From: a virus
Lineage: Duplodnaviria > Heunggongvirae > Uroviricota > Caudoviricetes
Direction: 5' to 3' (one strand)
IMG/VR virus record: IMGVR_UViG_2654587588_000015
Location: 1-31,263 of that record
Length of the DNA stretch: 31,263 bases
Below are positions 28,741 through 31,263 of this stretch, piece after piece (positions within the stretch are counted from its first letter, which is position 1; every line of letters begins with the position of its first letter). The notes below the pieces were generated by a model that saw nothing but the letters and a program-made list of their open reading frames with translations, was not told where the DNA came from and made no database searches. The translations under genes and the position numbers were made by a program.

Positions 28741-29244
28741 GCGGCCCTTACGATATAATTAAAAGCGATGTTACGAGGACGAGTTTCTGTACCTACATTT
28801 TCACTAATTTCACCATAACGTTTAACACTACGAGAGCTAGTAGCTCGTAGTGAGGAAGGCACATTAAGACCGGGTTCGTCCGTTTTAACTATTCCCCCGT
28901 CACCGTATGTAGCCAGTATTCCTGGGTTTACTCCTTCCCGTGCACTTCCTGCGGCGAGTCCGTCCCCTGTCCATAATTCCATATAGTGTGCATGGTCCAA
29001 AATTGTGTGTGGCTGCCAATTAAGCAAAGCGCGACCAGTATCAATCCCGCGACCGTCATCCCAGCCACGAATAAATTCACCGCGTAAATCAGGCAATTTA
29101 TTGGTCGGGTAAGCCTTTGCCAGTTCCGGGTATTCTTCAGCAGAAAAAGCCGCACCGTTGCATTTCAGCCAGCCTGTTGGCGGTGTGACTGAAGGCCACG
29201 GAACAGGCACACCAACAGGTAATGCAGAACCTTCTCCCAAACCA
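28737..29244 (-). CDS. Alternative tail fibre C-terminal cassette, silent in this orientation
   Basis: Open frame runs from crossover site 2 on the minus strand; in-phase with the fibre constant part after inversion. Confidence 0.65.
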
Positions 29245-29257
29245 ACGTTTATGAAAA
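29232..29257. repeat. Invertase crossover site (gix/pix-like), right boundary of invertible segment
   Basis: TTCTCCCAAACC-AA-CGTTTATGAAAA, resembles recalled gix/hix consensus. Confidence 0.55.
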
Positions 29258-29311
29258 TGCAGAAATAACGAGCAAATGGCATCATTCCTGCTTTTGTCAG
29301 GGAGATCTACC

Positions 29312-29866
29312 ATGCTTATTGGCTATGTACGTGTGTCAACAAATGACCAGAACACAGATCTACAACGTAATGCGCTGAACTGTGCAGGATGCGAGCTGAT
29401 TTTTGAAGACAAGATAAGCGGTACAAAGTCCGAAAGGCCGGGACTGAAAAAACTGCTCAGGACATTATCGGCAGGTGACACTCTGGTTGTCTGGAAGCTG
29501 GATCGGCTGGGGCGTAGTATGCGGCATCTGGTCATTCTGGTTGAGGAGTTGCGCGAACGTGGCGTTAATTTTCGCAGCCTGACGGATGCTATTGATACCA
29601 GCACACCGATGGGGCGTTTTTTCTTTCATGTGATGGGTGCCCTGGCTGAAATGGAACGAGAACTGATTGTTGAACGAACAAAAGCTGGACTGGAGGCTGC
29701 TCGCGCACAGGGACGAATTGGCGGTCGCCGTCCCAAACTTTCACCAGAACAATGGGCGCAGTCCGGGCGACTAATTGCATCAGGAGTTCCTCGCCAGAAG
29801 GTGGCGATCATTTATGATGTTGGCGTATCGACTTTGTATAAGAAGTTTCCAGTCGGAGATAAATGA
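29312..29866 (+). CDS. pin: Serine DNA invertase (Pin/Gin/Hin/Cin family)
   Basis: MLIGYVRVSTNDQ N-terminus with catalytic Ser region and C-terminal HTH; track ORF begins at an upstream in-frame ATG at 29276. Confidence 0.9.
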   Translation: MLIGYVRVSTNDQNTDLQRNALNCAGCELIFEDKISGTKSERPGLKKLLRTLSAGDTLVVWKLDRLGRSMRHLVILVEELRERGVNFRSLTDAIDTSTPMGRFFFHVMGALAEMERELIVERTKAGLEAARAQGRIGGRRPKLSPEQWAQSGRLIASGVPRQKVAIIYDVGVSTLYKKFPVGDK

Positions 29867-30170
29867 AACCGTAGCACGTCGTATGCAAGAACGTGCCACG
29901 GCTGGCTGATGGACGTTCGATAGCGCGAGTTTGAGTGAAAATCAGCCTGAGGTGATTTTACATAATTGTTGCAGAATCATTCAATATAGGGATTGCTTAT
30001 TTCTGCCTGGATTGGTCTGAAATAGTCCCGAAATTTTCTCTAAAAAACTCGAAAAAAATGGTAACTAATTGAATGCATTAATATGCAATGGTACGTGTTT
30101 GGGATTAAAAGATGAGCGTAATTTTGCTTAACACATTAATTTAAAAAGGGTTTCTTGTTTGTTGACGAAA

Positions 30171-30196
30171 ACAGGAATCGTGTTCGGTCTCTTTTT
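30171..30196 (+). ncRNA. SdsR (RyeB)-like sRNA 3' end with terminator; candidate attR core
   Basis: ACAGGAATCGTGTTCGGTCTCTTTTT resembles my recollection of the SdsR 3' terminator; upstream sequence is not SdsR-like. Confidence 0.35.
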
Positions 30197-30330
30197 ATCT
30201 GTTAAAAGCCAGAAGCATTTCCTTCGCTGACTTTATAGTCAACCATAACACACACTCTACTGTCTGAGTCCAGCGTTTTTTAACATTCTTGTTAAGATTA
30301 TGTGATCTTTAGCGCGGGAGGAAAATATTG

Positions 30331-30987
30331 ATGAAACAGCCTGCGCCCGTTTATCAGAGAATTGCGGGTCATCAATGGCGACATATCTGGCTTTCTGGCG
30401 ATATACACGGTTGTCTTGAGCAGTTGCGCCGCAAATTATGGCATTGTGGTTTTGATCCGTGGCGAGATTTACTTATCTCAGTGGGAGACGTTATCGATCG
30501 TGGGCCGCAAAGTTTACGTTGCCTGCAGTTACTGGAACAACATTGGGTTCGTGCGGTAAGAGGCAATCATGAACAGATGGCGATGGATGCGCTGGCATCC
30601 CAGCAGATGTCTTTGTGGTTGATGAATGGCGGCGACTGGTTTATTGCGCTGGCAGATAATCAACAGAAACAAGCGAAAACGGCGCTGGAAAAATGTCAGC
30701 ATTTGCCCTTTATTCTTGAAGTACACAGTCGTACCGGCAAACATGTTATTGCTCATGCCGATTATCCAGATGATGTTTATGAATGGCAAAAGGACGTTGA
30801 TTTGCATCAGGTCTTGTGGAGCCGCTCGCGATTAGGTGAACGCCAAAAAGGGCAGGGAATTACAGGTGCTGATCATTTCTGGTTTGGTCATACACCGTTG
30901 CGACATCGCGTGGATATTGGCAACCTGCATTATATTGATACCGGTGCTGTCTTTGGGGGCGAACTGACTCTTGTGCAATTGCAATAA
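30331..30987 (+). CDS. pphA: Ser/Thr protein phosphatase, PPP family (PphA/PrpA-like), host gene
   Basis: Motifs GDIHG, GDVIDRG, GNHE read in translation; ATG 30331 with GGGAGG RBS. Confidence 0.85.
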   Translation: MKQPAPVYQRIAGHQWRHIWLSGDIHGCLEQLRRKLWHCGFDPWRDLLISVGDVIDRGPQSLRCLQLLEQHWVRAVRGNHEQMAMDALASQQMSLWLMNGGDWFIALADNQQKQAKTALEKCQHLPFILEVHSRTGKHVIAHADYPDDVYEWQKDVDLHQVLWSRSRLGERQKGQGITGADHFWFGHTPLRHRVDIGNLHYIDTGAVFGGELTLVQLQ

Positions 30988-31263
30988 TTAAAAATCACCA
31001 TACTCCTGTGCTGGTCGCCAGAAACCATCTATAAAATCCTCAATCGGAAAACAACCGCCATGGCGGATCCGTTGATCGCTCATAGAATAAAGACACTGCT
31101 GTTCCGTGTTGTAGACATCCACAACAATATCTTCACAACCGCCATCCAGGTAGCAAACAAAAAGTACCAGCGCGAACATTTCATCCCCGAAGTGTGGTGC
31201 CGTACCGTTAAGTTTAGGAGAGATTTTACAACGGGGGAATAACCAGGACAAATAACCCGCCAT
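30988..31263 (-). CDS. Hypothetical host protein, convergent with pphA; may be truncated at window edge
   Basis: ORF from ATG at the window's last bases to a stop at 30988. Confidence 0.4.
   Translation of the reverse strand: MAGYLSWLFPRCKISPKLNGTAPHFGDEMFALVLFVCYLDGGCEDIVVDVYNTEQQCLYSMSDQRIRHGGCFPIEDFIDGFWRPAQEYGDF

Larger units (their letters stand above)
1..30196. mobile_element. Prophage (partial; left end outside window), mosaic of lambdoid regulatory/lysis genes and a contractile-tail module with e14-like invertible fibre region
   Basis: Contiguous same-strand phage gene order (nin-like, Q, S-R-Rz, terminase, portal, capsid, sheath, tube, tape measure, baseplate, fibre, invertase); right end inferred at sRNA-like sequence near 30171-30196. 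Confidence 0.8.

Noticed and set aside
29276-29311. Upstream in-frame ATG extending pin by 12 codons
   Set aside because: The extension overlaps the crossover site and lacks an RBS; the conserved invertase N-terminus begins at MLIGYVRVST (29312).
29867-30327. Expected mcrA-like restriction gene after pin, as in e14
   Set aside because: Only 460 bp of non-coding sequence separate pin from pphA; no ORF is present.
30362-30807. Short ORFs on both strands within pphA
   Set aside because: Nested in a well-supported phosphatase gene with canonical PPP motifs.
1-31263. tRNA genes, rRNA, CRISPR arrays, integrase, IS elements
   Set aside because: No tRNA-like T-loop/acceptor pattern, no regularly spaced direct repeats, and no transposase- or integrase-like ORF were found on reading; the integrase is presumably at the other prophage end, outside the window.

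Overview
The window is about 30 kb of a mosaic enterobacterial (E. coli-like) prophage, running from its early/nin-like region to its right-hand junction with host DNA. All calls are from reading the sequence and from recalled protein families; no searches were run. Left to right: small early genes; an AT-rich cargo island carrying a Hok/Gef-family type I toxin locus; DUF1367-like and YbcO-like nin genes; a Q-type antiterminator with a pR'-like promoter and tR'-like terminator; cargo genes between Q and lysis; a lambda-like lysis cassette (dual-start holin, R transglycosylase, Rz with embedded Rz1); an AT-rich gene on the opposite strand; terminase small and large subunits; DUF1073-type portal; Mu-F-like head morphogenesis protein; scaffold-like protein; major capsid; neck proteins; contractile tail genes (sheath, tube, chaperone with a candidate -1 frameshift, tape measure); baseplate genes interrupted by an AT-rich lipoprotein gene with its own terminator; and an e14-like invertible tail-fibre segment with a Pin-family serine invertase. 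The prophage appears to end in an sRNA-like intergenic region upstream of a host pphA-like phosphatase gene. No tRNA, rRNA, CRISPR array or integrase was seen. I cannot point to one clearly novel system; the best candidates for undescribed accessory functions are the cargo gene between lysis and terminase (7606-8037), the lipoprotein inside the baseplate operon (23302-24027) and the convergent gene pair upstream of the holin (5038-5532).
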